DNA of 64,000 bases from NCBI GenBank assembly GCA_963754315.1, contig CAVWFS010000020.1, forward strand, positions 32,001-96,000. The letters run 5' to 3'. The notes beneath the pieces were generated by a model, which was not told the DNA's origin, did not search any database, and saw nothing but the letters and a program-made list of their open reading frames with translations. The translations under genes and the position numbers were made by a program. Below, piece after piece: positions 61,655-64,000 of this stretch. How positions within the stretch are numbered: the stretch's first letter is position 1; each line of letters starts with the position of its first letter. Source of the stretch: an uncultured Candidatus Rokubacteria bacterium. GTDB taxonomy: Bacteria; Methylomirabilota; Methylomirabilia; Rokubacteriales; CSP1-6.

Positions 61655-61821
61655 GTCCTTCCCCCAGTTTGGGTGGACGTCAACGAGGAGTCGTGCCCTT
61701 CGCCGCCGTCCGGCCGTGGAACGTGCGCCCTCGGCGTATCCGGACTTTCGGTGGCACGGCCGCTCGAGGTCCCTGCTCTCGGCCGTGCCTCCCGATGACA
61801 GCGGCTGGCAGAACTCCGTGC

Positions 61822-62694
61822 TTACCCGAGGTGCTGATGTATGAACGTGGTCATCTGCTCGAGCGCCTGCTGGGCGACTGACGAGGAGGGATTGCGCAGC
61901 AGGCCTTCACCCTCGCCTTCGAAAATCGTCACCTCGATCTGGCCTCCAGCCTTCCGATACTGTCGGACGAACTCGTCGAGGTCCGGGCGTGGATGCGCCT
62001 CCTCGTACGTGCGCGCGAGGCACAATACGGGCGGCGTTGCCGTCCGCTCCCCACGGGCCAAGATGCGCGCGGGTGCCCCCTCGGCCATGGCCTCTTCCGT
62101 CCGCCAGTACTGGTCATGCATGGGCACCACGCGGTCGGCCAGTCCGGCGGGTGGAGTGCAATCCTGTCGCAGGCCCTTGGCATAGTGATAGCGCCCGAGC
62201 GGATCGATCACGGGAGAAACCATGATCACGCAGCCCAGGGTGCCATCCACCGTCGTGGCACCCGCCGGCAGGGATAGCGCGGCGTAGCGTGGATCGCGCG
62301 GGCGCATGCCGAGCAGCATGGCCTGGTGCGCGCCGCTGGATGTTCCCATCGCACCGATCCGGTCCGGGCGACCGTTCCACCCCAGGGCCTGGGTCTTGCA
62401 CCAGCGAATCCCATAGTGAATGTCGGCCAGAGAGGCCGGATACGGTTCCCCTGGAGGCACGCGAAAATCCAGCGCTGCTACGATCACACCATTCCTGGCG
62501 AGGGTCTCGTTCGCCGCGTTACCGTTCAGACGATCGCCCCGGACCCAGGCCCCACCGTGCAACTCGACCATGATCGGGAACGGGCCGCTGCCGCGCGGCG
62601 TGAAGAGACGCGCCAGCAGCGGTTTGTCCCCATGCCGGAGATATTCCACGTCCGCCACATCGATGTCATACGTGGTCTGCGTGCCTGATGCCAT
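61822..62694 (-). CDS. Alpha/beta hydrolase, HSL/acetyl-esterase family
   Basis: LHGGAW, LDFRVPP-YPASLAD, MGTSSGAH. Confidence 0.88.
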   Translation of the reverse strand: MASGTQTTYDIDVADVEYLRHGDKPLLARLFTPRGSGPFPIMVELHGGAWVRGDRLNGNAANETLARNGVIVAALDFRVPPGEPYPASLADIHYGIRWCKTQALGWNGRPDRIGAMGTSSGAHQAMLLGMRPRDPRYAALSLPAGATTVDGTLGCVIMVSPVIDPLGRYHYAKGLRQDCTPPAGLADRVVPMHDQYWRTEEAMAEGAPARILARGERTATPPVLCLARTYEEAHPRPDLDEFVRQYRKAGGQIEVTIFEGEGEGLLRNPSSSVAQQALEQMTTFIHQHLG

Positions 62695-62934
62695 GCGCGC
62701 CTCCCTTTCCTGGTGGGCCCAAGGATGTGTGTGTGTGTCTGGTCAACATTAACGCTTTCCGCCCCGCGCTTGGCTCCCGTCTTCCCGACGTCACCCCGGC
62801 CCGCTCCTGGGGCGCCAGGTACGGCCCGCATGTGCGGGCCTGCTCGCGGGTCGAGAGAGCCAGCCTGGGTGAGCGGCATGCTATGTGAGACACGCCGCCG
62901 GCGTCAACCGGGCCCGGACCGTCGATGGTGCAGT

Positions 62935-63020
62935 GGCGGTCGAGCGCCGTGAGCGCCTCCACTCGAGTGGACGGGTACCGAAAGCCGATGTGGCCATCGG
63001 GCGGATCATGATCACGCCGG
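62935..63020 (-). pseudogene. C-terminal scrap of an FAD-dependent aromatic monooxygenase
   Basis: GVIMIRP/DGHIGFR...ALTALDRH across one indel, matching the L-RPDG-VGFR tail motif. Confidence 0.4.
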
Positions 63021-63119
63021 CGGGCGGGGTCGACGCTCGAGTGGATCGGAGCCGCGTCGGTCGAGCTGCGGAGACCGGCGGAGCGCAGGGGGCGGTGGCC
63101 ATCGCCCCCTCGCTGCCCG

Positions 63120-64000
63120 TCACCGGATCGCGATCGGTGTGACCGTCGAGCCCGTTCCGCCCTGGATCTTCAGCGGCTGCATCACGAAGGCGAACTCCTG
63201 CACCTTCTTTGCGGCCAGCTCTTCCAGCCGCATGTTCTCCAGCATGAGGATGCCGTTGACGACGAGCAGGATCTGGTGGACGGGCGCCGAGATTTCCTTG
63301 TCGGGGTTCGGAAAGACCTCCAGCGGCCAGTTGTCCGCGCCGACCAGCATCGGATCCTGCTTGGCGAGCCACTCGGCCGCCGTCACGCCGATCCCCGGAC
63401 AGCTCTTTCCGTACCGGGCGTTGTCCTTGCCCCACAGCTTGCCCCAGCCCGTGTGGATGACCACCGCGTCGCCGGGCTGCAGTTTCAGGTTCTGACGCTG
63501 GAGCGCCTGCTCGAGATCCTGGACGGTGATCTCGTAGGTGTCCGGCAGCATGTCCACGCCCTTCAGCCCGGCCACGTCGATCAGCACGCCGCGCGTGATG
63601 AGCGCGCCGATCTTGTCGACGCCGAACTTGGTGAATCCTCCGCGGCTCGAGATGTCGTCGACTTTGGCGCAGTTGTAAATCTTGTCCTCGATCGTCTGGT
63701 GGGGGAAGACATCGAGCTGGGTGCCTACCTGACCGAGCTCGGTGACCACCAACTCTTCGTTGCTCGCCCGCCGGTTCGATACCTGGTTCATGAACGTGCG
63801 CTTGGTGTGGACGTCGAAGCGCCGGGTGCCGACGAGCGGGATCGAGGAATTGAGGACATGGCCGAGCTCGATCACTTCGCCCGTCTTGATGAGCCGGGTC
63901 GCCCGCAGCACCGACTCGGGTTTCATGTGGTTCGCCGACCCGCGCTCGTCGCTGGCGCCCCACTTCGAGGGACAGCGCTGGCTCTCGGTGGGCGGGCGCC
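63120..64000 (-). CDS. Cyclase family (kynurenine formamidase-like) metal hydrolase; 5' end beyond the window
   Basis: SKWGASDERGSANH, QVGTQLD--PH, TRGVLIDVA, GDAVVIHTGW, GADNW, HQILL...LEN, GGTGS. Confidence 0.9.
   Translation of the reverse strand, partial: RPPTESQRCPSKWGASDERGSANHMKPESVLRATRLIKTGEVIELGHVLNSSIPLVGTRRFDVHTKRTFMNQVSNRRASNEELVVTELGQVGTQLDVFPHQTIEDKIYNCAKVDDISSRGGFTKFGVDKIGALITRGVLIDVAGLKGVDMLPDTYEITVQDLEQALQRQNLKLQPGDAVVIHTGWGKLWGKDNARYGKSCPGIGVTAAEWLAKQDPMLVGADNWPLEVFPNPDKEISAPVHQILLVVNGILMLENMRLEELAAKKVQEFAFVMQPLKIQGGTGSTVTPIAIR

Noticed and set aside
62726..62738. (TG)6 tract as a phase-variation switch upstream of the hydrolase
   Set aside because: Too short to support without read-level length variation.

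Overview
A GC-rich bacterial window of about 55 genes and gene remnants. I found no rRNA, intact tRNA, CRISPR array, prophage or intact transposase. The gene content (orphan substrate-binding proteins, zinc-ribbon/cyclase/STAND protein, LLM and amidohydrolase paralogues) resembles soil Rokubacteria/Methylomirabilota, but that is only an impression. About 20 single-base frameshifts fall in the first ~43 kb and none after it; they look like long-read consensus errors, so those genes are reported as joined CDSs. Main blocks: (1) a GAF histidine kinase/FixJ-type module; (2) a TIR-TM-coiled coil-WD40 receptor-like gene with two lipoproteins; (3) a nitric-oxide island: a Crp/Fnr regulator, an FNR-box-driven ScdA_N/DUF2249/membrane protein/DUF59 operon, and a convergent norCBQD operon with a di-haem NorC and two small membrane ORFs; (4) a Tat-signal LodA/LodB quinoprotein oxidase pair; (5) catabolic enzymes; (6) the best novel-system candidate, a translationally coupled array of five Tat-exported, Cys/His-conserved NMT1/TauA-like binding proteins (plus a collapsed sixth copy) with no permease or ATPase, running into an SCO protein, a HAMP histidine kinase and a receiver; (7) a CoxL-like molybdoenzyme, katG, a single-chain acyl-CoA carboxylase, a repeat-bearing serine hydrolase and several gene scars.
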